From: Coprobacillaceae bacterium
Lineage (GTDB): Bacteria; Bacillota_I; Bacilli_A; Erysipelotrichales; Coprobacillaceae
Length of the DNA stretch: 32,000 nt
NCBI GenBank assembly: GCA_963675915.1
Contig: OY780959.1
Location: 300,001 to 332,000, forward strand
Direction: 5' to 3'
How positions within the stretch are numbered: the first letter of the stretch is position 1; every line of letters starts with the position of its first letter. The notes beneath the pieces were generated by a model. That model saw nothing but the letters and a program-made list of their open reading frames with translations, made no database searches and had not been told where the DNA came from. This document shows positions 1 to 8,943 of the stretch, piece by piece. Both the position numbers and the translations under genes were made by a program.

Positions 1-2190
1 GATGTCATCAATTCGGGAATCAACCTTTATGTAGGTAATATCCCCTATGGGATGGAACTGGTTGATGAATCTGTCTGCATTTTGACTGCCAAGGAAATAT
101 TTGTCAAGGTGGTCAACAAGATCAAGCATTTCCGATACAAGGAAGCCAAAGTCATTTCCAATTATCAGGACCTCAATATCGGAGACTATGTGGTTCACGA
201 TACCCATGGGATCGGTCAGTATCTGGGAATCAAAACTTTGGAAGTTCAAGGTTATCATAAGGATTATCTCCATGTCAGCTACGCCAATGACGACACGCTT
301 TATATCCCGGTCGAACAGTTCAAACTGATTCGCAAGTATTCCTCGTCAACCGGCAAGGTTCCCAAACTTCACGGTCTGGGGGATTCGCGCTGGCAAAAGA
401 CCAAACAGAAAATCAAGAACAAGGTCGATGATATCGCCGAAGGTCTGATTGAAATATATTCACAACGGCTCAAACAGGTGGGATTCCCATACCCTGAGGA
501 TTCAGCCGAACAATTGCAGTTCGAATCCGAATTTGGCTACGAGCTAACCCGTGATCAACAGCGAAGCATTGATGAAGTCAAACAGGATATGCAAAATGCC
601 TATCCGATGGACCGGCTTTTGTGCGGTGATGTCGGTTTTGGGAAAACCGAAGTTGCCTTCAGGGCGGCCTTCAAGGCGGCTGACAGTGGCAAACAGGTGG
701 CCTATCTTTGTCCGACTACGATTCTTTCAATGCAGCATTACAATACCGCAATCAAACGTTTTGAAAATACCCCAGTCAATATCGCCTTGTTGAACCGCTT
801 CACTTCCACCAAGGAAAAAAAGGCGATTTTGCAGGGGCTTAAAGAGGGCCAGATTGATTTTATCATCGGAACCCACCGGATTCTTTCCAAGGATGTTGAA
901 TTCAAGGATCTCGGTCTGTTGATCGTCGATGAGGAACAGCGCTTTGGCGTGCGCCAGAAAGAGGCCATCAAGGAATATCGGAAAACCATCGATGTCCTGA
1001 CCCTTTCGGCAACCCCGATTCCCCGGACGCTGCAAATGTCGCTGATGGGAATCCGCGGTCTGTCGCAGATCAATACCCCGCCAAATCACCGCCTGCCGGT
1101 GCAGACATATGTAATTGAAAAAAACAACACCCTGATCAAACAGGTAATTGAACGGGAACTGGCTCGCCAGGGACAAGTGTTTTATCTGTTCAATGATGTG
1201 ACGCGGATTGAAAAAATCGCCTTCAATCTTCAGCAGATGATTCCCAAGGCCCGTATCGCCATCGGACACGGCCAGATGAACAAGTCCGAATTGGAAAAAG
1301 TGATGCTTGATTTTGTCAATCACAAGTACGACATTCTGGTCTGTACGACCATCATCGAAACCGGAATCGATATTCCAAATGCCAATACGATGATTGTCGA
1401 AGATGCTGATCATTTCGGTCTTTCACAGCTTTATCAAATCAAGGGTCGGGTTGGCCGCAGCCGCCGGACCAGTTATGCATATTTGCTTTACAAGAAAAAC
1501 AAGGCCCTTAACGAGGAAGCCCAAAAACGGCTCAAGGCCATCCGGGAATTCACCGAGTTGGGTTCTGGCTACAAGATTGCCATGCGCGACCTGTCAATCC
1601 GCGGTTCCGGGGATATCCTGGGCGGATCGCAGTCGGGTTACATTGATACGGTCGGGTTTGACATGTATATGCAGATTCTCCAGGAGGCAATCCAATCCAA
1701 GAAGGATGGCATGATCAAGGAGAAACCAAAAGATATCCAGCCGACATCATTGAAGGTGGATGGTTATATTCCCGAAGACTATATCAGCAGTGATATTGAA
1801 AAACTCGAGCTTTATCAAAAAATTGAAAAAGCAAGAACCATCAAGGGAATCGATCATCTTAAAACCGAATTCCTCGATTATTACGGGCACTTGCCTGAAC
1901 AGGTCGAAAACCTGATTGAAAAACGGAAAATTGACATTCTCGCAAACAGCGAGGAGCTTGAAGATATCAAGACCATCGATGACCGGATCCAGATGATTTT
2001 CAACAAGTCATTCGGTGAGAAAATCAAAGGTGATGAATTCTTTATCGAGATCAACCGTTTGTTCACCAAACCGCAGTTCAAGCAGTTTGAGGGTAAAATC
2101 ATCGTCGAAGTCAAGAATGATGAAAAAACTATCAGCCGGATTATCGAACTGATCACTCCATATTTAACAAAAACAGCAACTGACGTCTAG
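1..2190 (+). CDS. mfd: Transcription-repair coupling factor Mfd, C-terminal ~729 codons (5' end lies upstream of the window)
   Basis: Frame 1 is open from nt 1 (no stop before the Met at 52). CarD/RID-like 'DYVVHDTHGIGQYLG'. SF2 helicase motifs 'GDVGFGKTEVA', 'LIVDEEQRFGV', 'TLSATPIPRTL', 'QLYQIKGRVGRS'. Stop TAG at 2188-2190. Confidence 0.95.
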   Translation, partial: DVINSGINLYVGNIPYGMELVDESVCILTAKEIFVKVVNKIKHFRYKEAKVISNYQDLNIGDYVVHDTHGIGQYLGIKTLEVQGYHKDYLHVSYANDDTLYIPVEQFKLIRKYSSSTGKVPKLHGLGDSRWQKTKQKIKNKVDDIAEGLIEIYSQRLKQVGFPYPEDSAEQLQFESEFGYELTRDQQRSIDEVKQDMQNAYPMDRLLCGDVGFGKTEVAFRAAFKAADSGKQVAYLCPTTILSMQHYNTAIKRFENTPVNIALLNRFTSTKEKKAILQGLKEGQIDFIIGTHRILSKDVEFKDLGLLIVDEEQRFGVRQKEAIKEYRKTIDVLTLSATPIPRTLQMSLMGIRGLSQINTPPNHRLPVQTYVIEKNNTLIKQVIERELARQGQVFYLFNDVTRIEKIAFNLQQMIPKARIAIGHGQMNKSELEKVMLDFVNHKYDILVCTTIIETGIDIPNANTMIVEDADHFGLSQLYQIKGRVGRSRRTSYAYLLYKKNKALNEEAQKRLKAIREFTELGSGYKIAMRDLSIRGSGDILGGSQSGYIDTVGFDMYMQILQEAIQSKKDGMIKEKPKDIQPTSLKVDGYIPEDYISSDIEKLELYQKIEKARTIKGIDHLKTEFLDYYGHLPEQVENLIEKRKIDILANSEELEDIKTIDDRIQMIFNKSFGEKIKGDEFFIEINRLFTKPQFKQFEGKIIVEVKNDEKTISRIIELITPYLTKTATDV

Positions 2191-2206
2191 CGTCGGTTGC
2201 TGTTTT
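2169..2206. terminator. Bidirectional intrinsic terminator shared by mfd (+) and the ASCH gene (-)
   Basis: 'aaaacagcaactgacg' / 'cgtcggttgctgtttt' form a ~16-bp stem (one G-U) around the loop 'tctag', which contains the mfd stop. A-run on one side and T-run on the other. Confidence 0.8.
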
Positions 2207-2209
2207 AAA

Positions 2210-2665
2210 TTATTTTGAATAGACTACTTGAAATTCTTCGAAAAGAATCTTCATTTCCCCGGAGAAGGTGTATCCTAATTGCCGGCCTTCTTCACTGAAA
2301 AATTTGATGTGGTTGTTCCGCCAAGATTCGAGGTTATCGTCTTCGCCTTCTTTTTGACACAGTTCATAGGTCACATCATCAAAGGGAATAATGGTGGTTT
2401 TGACTGTTTCAATCACGCATTCAGGCTCACCGGCCCAATTGGTGACGATACTGTAACTCCCGGTAGCAGGCAGGTTTTCACCGGCTAGTTCATAGGCGGC
2501 CAGACTGCTTGAGGTGGCCTTTTTTTGACCGCTCAGGACCAGTTTGAGCAGCTCGTTGGCTGAATTTTCATCATTGCAAAAGTGACAGCTTTCATAGTAA
2601 CGGGTCTTTTTGTCAAGCCCGGCGGTCTTTAAAAATTCCTGCCAGAATAGTTCGATTTGATTCAT
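2210..2665 (-). CDS. ASCH domain protein
   Basis: 151-aa ORF with the typical ASCH-family N-terminus ('FWQEFLK...YESCHFCNDENSANELLKLVLSGQKKATSS'). SD 'aggagaa' lies upstream of the ATG. Confidence 0.75.
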   Translation of the reverse strand: MNQIELFWQEFLKTAGLDKKTRYYESCHFCNDENSANELLKLVLSGQKKATSSSLAAYELAGENLPATGSYSIVTNWAGEPECVIETVKTTIIPFDDVTYELCQKEGEDDNLESWRNNHIKFFSEEGRQLGYTFSGEMKILFEEFQVVYSK

Positions 2666-2679
2666 GTTGTTCTCCTAAA

Positions 2680-3273
2680 TTATTCGATATAGTCTTCCCG
2701 GACAAACTCGAGCAGATAATTGCCGTTGGTGTAATTCTGGATTTCCTCAAAGATGCTTTTGTCCTTGATATAGCACTCGAATGTGACATCGATCTCGTAT
2801 CTTTTGTTGATGCAGGGAACGTTGTTGGTTTTGAGCAGGTGTTCGATCTTGTTGGCGAAATGATAATCCACGGATATCTCATAAAGCGGGACCAGCTGTT
2901 TTTCGATGATGGTCGCTTCTTTGATCGCATCGCTGACTGAACGGGTGTAAGCCCGGGTCAGTCCGCCAGCTCCCAGTTTGATCCCGCCAAAATAACGGGT
3001 CACAATGGCGATGATATTGGTCAACTCCTGTTTTTGGAGTACGTTGAGCATCGGCATCCCGGCAGTTTTGCTGGGCTCGCCGTCATCGTCGAAGCGCATG
3101 GCACTGTTGATTATGTAGGCAACGCAGTTATGGTTGGCGTCATGGTATTTTTCACGGTAGGAATCGATGATTTCCTTTGCTTTGGCCTCATCATCGCAGG
3201 GAATCAAATGAGTGATAAAAGTGGACTTTTTGATTTCCCAGCTATATTCGGTTTTTTCTTTGATTGACTTCAT
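2680..3273 (-). CDS. YigZ/IMPACT-family (UPF0029) protein
   Basis: 197 aa. Family signatures 'KKSTFITHL', 'HNCVAYII' and 'GEPSKTAGMPML', plus a C-terminal DUF1949-like half. SD 'ggagg' before the ATG. Confidence 0.85.
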   Translation of the reverse strand: MKSIKEKTEYSWEIKKSTFITHLIPCDDEAKAKEIIDSYREKYHDANHNCVAYIINSAMRFDDDGEPSKTAGMPMLNVLQKQELTNIIAIVTRYFGGIKLGAGGLTRAYTRSVSDAIKEATIIEKQLVPLYEISVDYHFANKIEHLLKTNNVPCINKRYEIDVTFECYIKDKSIFEEIQNYTNGNYLLEFVREDYIE

Positions 3274-3291
3274 TTAAAATCCTCCAAGGGC

Positions 3292-3300
3292 ATTATAACA
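3292..3300 (-). promoter_or_regulatory. Extended -10 element (TGtTATAAT) for the yigZ-like/ASCH operon
   Basis: The minus strand reads 'tgttataat' about 20 nt upstream of the yigZ-like SD. No good -35. Confidence 0.4.
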
Positions 3301-3330
3301 TTAATGACACCAATAAAAAAGTATACACTC

Positions 3331-3359
3331 TTGCATGAAGACGTTAATTTTTGTATGAT
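3331..3359 (+). promoter_or_regulatory. Sigma-A-type promoter for degV (TTGCAT-17-TATGAT)
   Basis: 'ttgcat' at 3331-3336, 17-nt spacer, 'tatgat' at 3354-3359. Located 27 nt upstream of the degV ATG. Confidence 0.5.
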
Positions 3360-3385
3360 GTACTATATAGGAGAGGAGATTTAAT

Positions 3386-4249
3386 ATGGCTAGAATTGCG
3401 GTATTAGTTGATAGCGGTTGCCAGATCGCCCCGGGGAGTCTTGACGGGGAAGGGATATTCAGTGCACCCCTCACAATTGAAATAAACAAGGTCGTCTATC
3501 GCGATCTTGAAGATATAGACAGCGAAACGGTGTTCAACCGGATGAAAGATGAAGGCGTCCTGGTGAAAACCTCCCAGCCTTCAACCGGTGATCTGATCGC
3601 CCAAATTGAAAAAATCAAGGAAGCCGGTTACCACCACATCATCGGAATCACCATCGGAACCGGACTTTCTTCAACCTTGGCAGGAATGAAACTGGCTTGT
3701 GATATGGAAGAGATGCCGGTCACTTTGATCGACTCCAAGGGAACTGCGGCCAATCACCGCTATCTGGCCCACCTGGCCAAACGCCTGATTGATGAAGGTA
3801 AACCGTTGGAACAGATTGAAACGATTTTAAACCAGGCAGTGGAAGATTCGGCGACGATCATTATGACACCCAATCTTGATCAGCTCAAGCGCGGGGGGCG
3901 AATAACTCCGGCGGTGGCGATGCTTGGTAAAATGCTCAAGATTGTCCTGATTATGAAACTCAATTATGAGTTGGGTGGAAAAATCGACCGTCTTGATCAG
4001 GTCAGAACTGTCAAGAAAGCCAATAAGAAAATCATCGATATCATGGTAAAAGAAGGAATCAATAATACCGATTACCTTATCACCATCCAACATGTTTTGG
4101 CTGAGGATCTTGCCAATGAGATGAAAGAATATCTTATTTCCAAAATCGGACCGAGCGACAATGTCTATATCAACAACTTGCCTTCAGTGGTAGGGGCCCA
4201 TATGGGAGTTGGCGGAATCGGTTATCAATATATCAAAATTGTCGACTAA
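3386..4249 (+). CDS. DegV-family fatty-acid-binding protein
   Basis: 287 aa. DegV-like N-terminus 'IAVLVDSGCQI', 'KTSQPSTGD', and overall DegV/EDD-fold length. SD 'aggagaggag' upstream. Confidence 0.85.
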   Translation: MARIAVLVDSGCQIAPGSLDGEGIFSAPLTIEINKVVYRDLEDIDSETVFNRMKDEGVLVKTSQPSTGDLIAQIEKIKEAGYHHIIGITIGTGLSSTLAGMKLACDMEEMPVTLIDSKGTAANHRYLAHLAKRLIDEGKPLEQIETILNQAVEDSATIIMTPNLDQLKRGGRITPAVAMLGKMLKIVLIMKLNYELGGKIDRLDQVRTVKKANKKIIDIMVKEGINNTDYLITIQHVLAEDLANEMKEYLISKIGPSDNVYINNLPSVVGAHMGVGGIGYQYIKIVD

Positions 4250-4280
4250 AAAAGATGTTTAAGCAATTAAACATCTTTTT
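4248..4280. terminator. Bidirectional intrinsic terminator (degV / ClC gene)
   Basis: 'aaaaagatgtttaa' gca 'ttaaacatcttttt' is a perfect 10-bp core stem flanked by A and T runs. Confidence 0.85.
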
Positions 4281-5876
4281 CTATACTGTGGAATTTTTAT
4301 TTTTGATTTTTTGGAAGTGGGTCGATGTCAGCAGAATCATGTAATCGTTGGTAACTGACTGCAATTCGATATTGCAGATGATCAGCAACTTGTCTCCCGA
4401 TTGGACTCTGGTTGAGCCGTTGGGAATGATTTCTTTGCCACAGCGGGAAATTGAAACCAGTAAAACGTGATCAGGCCAGTTGATGTCCTTGATCAGTTTC
4501 CCGGCGATGTAGCTGCGGTCCTTGACAAAGAACGACAGCAGAACTTTCTCCTCGGTCATCTGGTTTTGGTATTCCAGGGAATAGCTGCGTTCCAGCAAGC
4601 GTTCCAAAAGACTGTCGTAGACCGGTTTTGATTTGAGAATTTCCGCTACGATGAAGGCAACTATTGAGACAATCGAGATGGCCAGCAGGCTGGTAAGCGA
4701 TCCGGTCATTTCGAAGATCAGGATGATTCCGGTAACCGGGGCTCGAACGATTGCTGCAAACAATCCCGCCATGGCCACGATGATGAAGTTGTCGACAAAG
4801 ATTGGATCAACTCCGAAATTGACGATAGCGATATTGGCGATCAGATTTCCAATGATACTTCCCAGCACCAACAGCGGGAAAAAGATTCCTCCGGGAGCTC
4901 CGGAACTAAATGAGACTACTGAAAATAAAAACTTGAACACCAGCAGGACCAAGAGGGCTGACGAGGCCAGGGTCTGAAGGTTTAGTTCTTCGATGATCAT
5001 GTCCCCTCCGCCAAGAAGCACCGGATAGGTGAATCCGATCACTCCGGCCAGCAGGAATGGGATCAGCAGTTTTTGGAATTGGGTGAGTTTGCTCTTGGCA
5101 AAAAGATCCTGAACTTTGAGCAAAGTGGTGTTGTAAATAACGCCGGCTACGCCCAAAACGATTCCCAGAAAGACCAGAAACGGAAAGAATTCCGGGGTGA
5201 ATGATTTCGCCAGGGCGAAATTGAAGATCGGTTTCATCCCCAATACGACAGAGATGAAAAAATCAGCTGACAGTGAAGAAGTCATTACCGCCAACAGCAG
5301 GGCAATTGAGAAATGTTTGTGAACTTCTTCTATCGCAAACATGACCCCGGCCAAAGGCGCATGGAAAGCTGCAGCCAGACCGGCTGAAGCACCGCAGGTC
5401 ATCAGATAACGTTCTTCATTTTTGGATTTTTTGAATATTTTGGAAAAGCCCTTACCAAGCATGGCTCCAAGCTGAATTGACGGTCCTTCGCGACCAAGTG
5501 ACAATCCGGAAAAGAGACTGATGAATCCCCCCAGGTATTTGTATAACAGCACCCGGTACCATTTCGATGAAATATGGCCGGTCAGTTCCCCTTCAAGCTG
5601 CGGGATTCCGGAACCCGAAATCAGCGGCTCACTTTTCAACAGCAGCGAAACCAGAAAAGCCATGATCACCAGGGCGACAAACCACAGTGCAATGAATATT
5701 ATATTTTGTCCAGCGAAATCAAGGATTCCAATCAAAACCTGATTGGCCATTCGCAAGGCATAACGATAGGAAACGATCAAGCCTCCGACACAGACCCCGA
5801 TAAGCAAGCCCTCGAGGACAATCCTTACCCGGCTATGGCTGTCTTTTTTGATGATTTCTTCTACAGAATGATTCAA
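4281..5876 (-). CDS. ClC-family chloride/proton channel with C-terminal TrkA-C (RCK_C) domain; TTG start preferred
   Basis: ClC motifs 'GREGPSIQLGA', 'GIPQLEG', 'GGIFFPLL'. The C-terminal part 'GKLIKDINWPDHVLLVSISRCGKEIIPNGSTRVQSGDKLLI' is RCK_C-like. The track start at 5933 (also TTG) overlaps a promoter -35. The TTG at 5876 has SD 'aaggaggg' 7 nt upstream. Confidence 0.85.
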   Translation of the reverse strand: MNHSVEEIIKKDSHSRVRIVLEGLLIGVCVGGLIVSYRYALRMANQVLIGILDFAGQNIIFIALWFVALVIMAFLVSLLLKSEPLISGSGIPQLEGELTGHISSKWYRVLLYKYLGGFISLFSGLSLGREGPSIQLGAMLGKGFSKIFKKSKNEERYLMTCGASAGLAAAFHAPLAGVMFAIEEVHKHFSIALLLAVMTSSLSADFFISVVLGMKPIFNFALAKSFTPEFFPFLVFLGIVLGVAGVIYNTTLLKVQDLFAKSKLTQFQKLLIPFLLAGVIGFTYPVLLGGGDMIIEELNLQTLASSALLVLLVFKFLFSVVSFSSGAPGGIFFPLLVLGSIIGNLIANIAIVNFGVDPIFVDNFIIVAMAGLFAAIVRAPVTGIILIFEMTGSLTSLLAISIVSIVAFIVAEILKSKPVYDSLLERLLERSYSLEYQNQMTEEKVLLSFFVKDRSYIAGKLIKDINWPDHVLLVSISRCGKEIIPNGSTRVQSGDKLLIICNIELQSVTNDYMILLTSTHFQKIKNKNSTV

Positions 5877-5904
5877 AACGATACCCTCCTTAACAAACAA
5901 GGAT

Positions 5905-5933
5905 ATTATATTCCTAATATGGGTAAAAAACAA
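5905..5933 (-). promoter_or_regulatory. Sigma-A-type promoter for the ClC gene (TTGTTT-17-TATAAT)
   Basis: The minus strand reads 'ttgttt' (5933-5928), a 17-nt spacer, then 'tataat' (5910-5905). It begins immediately after the comFC stop. Confidence 0.5.
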
Positions 5934-6644
5934 TTAAAAATCATTTTTTTTAATAGGCAATATTTTGTATCTGTGAAGTATCAATTTGATATTTTTCAAC
6001 ATTTTGGATTTGTCACTTTCAAACCGGTCAATCTGGTTGGATGCCAGGACCAATACTTCGATGCTGGCGGGGGAATACTGTCTGATCAGGTCAATTGCCG
6101 CTTTGATGGTGCTCGCTGAGGTGATGACATCGTCGAAGAGAAGGATTTTGCGGTTCTCCAGTTGTTCACCCTGATTGATAGCCAAAATTTTTTTGACCTT
6201 GGAGCGGTCTTTTTGACTTGTTTGTTTATAGTTGGTCTTTTTATAAAGGCCGGTGAAGACATTGGCGCTGAACGTTGTTGCAATCGCCTGATTGGGGCAA
6301 AAGCCCCGAACCTTGTTGTCATGGTTGCTCGAGGGCACTACGACGACGACGTGGTTATGGTATTTTTTTTTCAAAGTTGGTCGATAACTGTTCAAAAAGG
6401 CGTCCCTTAGTGCATAGTCGTACTTGCCTTTGTAGCCAAAAAGCAGATTTCTGAAAAAATCATTGTAGTAATACAGGATGGTGACTTGATATGAATCGAT
6501 GGCAACGGAATGGTTGTAGCGCTGGAAACTGTGAAGACATTTCTGGCAGATTACAGGATGGCAGAGCAGGGAATACAGGTCGTAATCATCATCAAGACAA
6601 CCAAAACAGATCAGGCATTGGCCATTTTTATTGCTTTGATGCAT
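5934..6644 (-). CDS. comFC: ComFC-family phosphoribosyltransferase-like competence protein
   Basis: N-terminal double Zn-ribbon 'CLICFGC...CHPVICQKC'. PRTase loop 'ILLFDDVITSASTI'. The start is placed at the ATG at 6644 (MHQSNK...) and overlaps the comFA 3' end by 34 nt. The longer track ORF (to 6728) runs inside comFA. Confidence 0.85.
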   Translation of the reverse strand: MHQSNKNGQCLICFGCLDDDYDLYSLLCHPVICQKCLHSFQRYNHSVAIDSYQVTILYYYNDFFRNLLFGYKGKYDYALRDAFLNSYRPTLKKKYHNHVVVVVPSSNHDNKVRGFCPNQAIATTFSANVFTGLYKKTNYKQTSQKDRSKVKKILAINQGEQLENRKILLFDDVITSASTIKAAIDLIRQYSPASIEVLVLASNQIDRFESDKSKMLKNIKLILHRYKILPIKKNDF

Positions 6645-7729
6645 TGTTTGATTGCCTCGGTTTTGTAATCGCAACATATCAGTATTTCCCCGTCTCGATG
6701 GTTGATATTCCGTCCCACCCTGCCACAAATCTGAATTAAAGTATCCCGGGTGTAGATCCGGTTTTCGCCCTGATAGACGATTACCTGCACATTGTCAACA
6801 GTTATCCCGCGTTCCAACAAAGTAGTCGCGACGATACAATCCAATTTCGCTTTCCTGAAATCACTCAGGATTTTCTCGATGTCTTTGGTCTTTGAATGGG
6901 CGGCCTGGCAGTTAAGCGGCAAAACCGCTAGCCAATGGGCCATTGTCTCAGCCTGCTGGATGCTGGGCACATAGATTAGAAGCGGCCGGCCGGATTTCTT
7001 GAACTCGAGCGATTTTTTGACAATAATCAGGACTGCCATCAATGCGGTTGTTTTGAAACACTTCGGTTCGGGCAACAATCCGCCGTGATAACGCCGGTTA
7101 AGTTCGAAATCACTGTCGTTTCCGGTAGCCGACATCATGATGTAGTGACCCTTGAGGGCCTGAATAAACATCGCATTCAAGATTTCATCCCCTTTAAACG
7201 GGAAGGCGTCAACCTCATCGATGATAATCAGATCGAAAGCTTGATGGAACCGGTATAACTGATGGGTGGTGCAAATGATGAACTGTCCGCTTGTTTTTTT
7301 CGTGTGACCGCCATATAGCAAAGTCGGCTTGATGTTGACAAAGTCGTTTGAAATTCTGGCCGCGAGCTCCTTGACCAGCTCCTTGCGTGGGGTTGTGAAA
7401 CAGACCCGGTCATTGTCATTGAGCGCCTGCTTGATGACCTGGTAGACAATCTCGGTTTTTCCCGCCCCGCAGACAGCTTTGATCCGCGAGTTGTGGGATT
7501 GAAGATAATTGGCCACCAGATAGTCCGACAGTTTTTTTTGACCGTCGGATAATTCGTAGTCAAGCTGGAAGTCGACTTGGCTGCACCTGGAACTGGCGTC
7601 TGGTTCGAGATTTTCGTCGACAAAAGTTCTTTGAAACCCGACACATTTCCGGCAGTAATAGCGATCTTCCAGCTTGGAGAAGTAACGGTCCTCTTCGTTT
7701 TGACATCTTGGACATTTCATTTCTATCAC
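6611..7729 (-). CDS. comFA: ComFA-like DEAD/DEAH-box helicase (competence DNA uptake ATPase)
   Basis: N-terminal Zn finger 'CPRCQ...YYCRKC'. Walker A 'CGAGKTE', 'IIIDEVDAF', 'MMSATG', 'CGRVGR'. Adjacent to comFC. Confidence 0.85.
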   Translation of the reverse strand: MIEMKCPRCQNEEDRYFSKLEDRYYCRKCVGFQRTFVDENLEPDASSRCSQVDFQLDYELSDGQKKLSDYLVANYLQSHNSRIKAVCGAGKTEIVYQVIKQALNDNDRVCFTTPRKELVKELAARISNDFVNIKPTLLYGGHTKKTSGQFIICTTHQLYRFHQAFDLIIIDEVDAFPFKGDEILNAMFIQALKGHYIMMSATGNDSDFELNRRYHGGLLPEPKCFKTTALMAVLIIVKKSLEFKKSGRPLLIYVPSIQQAETMAHWLAVLPLNCQAAHSKTKDIEKILSDFRKAKLDCIVATTLLERGITVDNVQVIVYQGENRIYTRDTLIQICGRVGRNINHRDGEILICCDYKTEAIKQCIKAIKMANA

Positions 7730-7737
7730 CCAAGCAA

Positions 7738-7746
7738 ATTATAGCA
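7738..7746 (-). promoter_or_regulatory. Extended -10 element (TGcTATAAT) upstream of comFA
   Basis: The minus strand reads 'tgctataat' about 10-20 nt upstream of the comFA ATG. No convincing -35. Confidence 0.35.
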
Positions 7747-7810
7747 CCGATAACAAGGCAATTGGTCTCAAGTTCGTCCCTGTTTTGTTTCAAAGGATTG
7801 GACCGTTGGA

Positions 7811-7840
7811 TTGGAAATTATCCGGTGAATCGGTTATAAT
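7811..7840 (+). promoter_or_regulatory. Sigma-A-type promoter for the HAD gene (TTGGAA-18-TATAAT)
   Basis: 'ttggaa' at 7811-7816 and 'tataat' at 7835-7840. Located 32 nt upstream of the ATG at 7872. Confidence 0.45.
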
Positions 7841-7871
7841 CGAACCAGGAAATGAAAGGAAGGTTGAAACA

Positions 7872-8705
7872 ATGAAAAATTATCTATATGTCAGTGATCT
7901 TGATGGAACCCTGCTTAATTCCAAGAGTGAAATCAGTGCCTACAGTCTGGGGGTTTTGAACCGGCTGATTGATTCCGGATTCAATTTCACTTACGCGACA
8001 GCCCGTTCGCTCCATTCGGCCAGCAAAGTCACCAAAGGACTCCGGCTTTCCGGTCCGGTTGTGGTCTATAACGGGGCCTGCATTGTGGATTCTTCCAGCG
8101 GTAAGGTTCTTCACGCCAGCACCTTCACCATTGAAGAGAGGGAATATATCCAGGACCTGTTTGGCAAAAAACAGCTGTCGCCGTTGGTCTATTCTCTGGT
8201 CGATGGAATTGAAAAGGTGTTCTGGTATCCAGAAAAGGAGAATCAGGCCATCAAAGCTTATCTGCGCAGCCGGGGCAACGATCCCCGCTTTAATCCCCGA
8301 CAAGCCCACGAGCCAATCTATACCGGTGAGATCTTCTATTACACCCTGATTGGAACCGACCAGGAACTCCGGTTGGCTTATGAGACCCTCAAAGATGACA
8401 GCAACTATCTGTGCAGTTATAAAAAGGAACTCTACAGTGACGAATACTGGCTGGAAATAATGCCCAAAGCGGCAACCAAGGCTCAGGCGATCAGCCGATT
8501 GAAGACCAGTTGGCAGTTTGAAGGGGTGGTGGCTTTTGGCGACGAGATCAATGATATCGAAATGTTCAAACAAGCCAACCGGGCTCTGGCGGTGGCCAAT
8601 GCGGTTGATTCTTTAAAAGAGTTCGCAGATGATACCATTTCATCGAATGATCAGGATGGGGTGGCCCGGTGGCTTGAACAAAATGTCCTGGCTCATTTGC
8701 AATAA
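7872..8705 (+). CDS. Cof-type HAD-IIB phosphatase
   Basis: 'YVSDLDGTLLN' (motif I) and 'GDEINDIEMF' (motif IV). The start is set at the ATG at 7872 (MKNYLYV...) with SD 'gaaaggaagg'. The track start at 7785 lacks an SD. Confidence 0.85.
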   Translation: MKNYLYVSDLDGTLLNSKSEISAYSLGVLNRLIDSGFNFTYATARSLHSASKVTKGLRLSGPVVVYNGACIVDSSSGKVLHASTFTIEEREYIQDLFGKKQLSPLVYSLVDGIEKVFWYPEKENQAIKAYLRSRGNDPRFNPRQAHEPIYTGEIFYYTLIGTDQELRLAYETLKDDSNYLCSYKKELYSDEYWLEIMPKAATKAQAISRLKTSWQFEGVVAFGDEINDIEMFKQANRALAVANAVDSLKEFADDTISSNDQDGVARWLEQNVLAHLQ

Positions 8706-8709
8706 CTTG

Positions 8710-8738
8710 TTGCCTAAGGATTAGGGATGTATTATAAT
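8710..8738 (+). promoter_or_regulatory. Sigma-A-type promoter of the thiamine operon (TTGCCT-17-TATAAT)
   Basis: 'ttgcct' at 8710-8715, 17-nt spacer, 'tataat' at 8733-8738. It sits just upstream of the riboswitch. Confidence 0.55.
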
Positions 8739-8741
8739 AAC

Positions 8742-8834
8742 TTCATAAATATCAACGGGAGCTTGTGACCAGGCTGAGAGGAAATTGGAATTTCGACCGT
8801 ACCTGATTTGGATAATGCCAACGTAGGGAATGAA
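8742..8834 (+). promoter_or_regulatory. TPP (THI-box) riboswitch aptamer
   Basis: Conserved blocks 'GGGAGC', 'CTGAGAG' and 'GACCGTACCTGATTTGGATAATGCCAACGTAGGGAA'. P1 pairs 'ttcat' with 'atgaa'. It is upstream of thiW-thiC. Confidence 0.9.
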
Positions 8835-8855
8835 CATGGATTGAGCAATTTGTGG

Positions 8856-8885
8856 GATGCGCCTTTTTTGGTGCATCTTTTTTTG
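8856..8885 (+). terminator. Intrinsic terminator forming the TPP riboswitch expression platform
   Basis: 'gatgcgcc' tttttt 'ggtgcatc' (8 bp including one G-U) followed by 'tttttttg'. Confidence 0.8.
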
Positions 8886-8943
8886 TTTGAGATGTCATGA
8901 CACACTTTCTTTGATATTTAAATAAATAATACGAGGAGGAATT

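Noticed and set aside
727-1413. Long antisense or alternative-frame ORFs in the track. Examples: 727-1413(-), 7884-8573(-), 9201-9725(-), 10908-11426(-), 23356-23976(+), 24595-25065(+), 25579-26235(-), 27016-27486(-), 29919-30374(-).
   Set aside because: Each lies entirely inside a confidently identified gene on the other strand or frame. Each has a low-complexity or unfamiliar translation and lacks an SD or promoter. They are typical shadow ORFs.
5934-6728. Longest-ORF starts given by the track for comFC (6728), HAD (7785), the polymerase (12884), the repressor (12983, TTG), metY (13655), queF (22716), folE (23997) and asnB (25519).
   Set aside because: In each case a downstream start has a proper SD at 5-11 nt and matches the family N-terminus (for example Cys2 of AsnB). 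The upstream extension overlaps a neighbouring gene or promoter.
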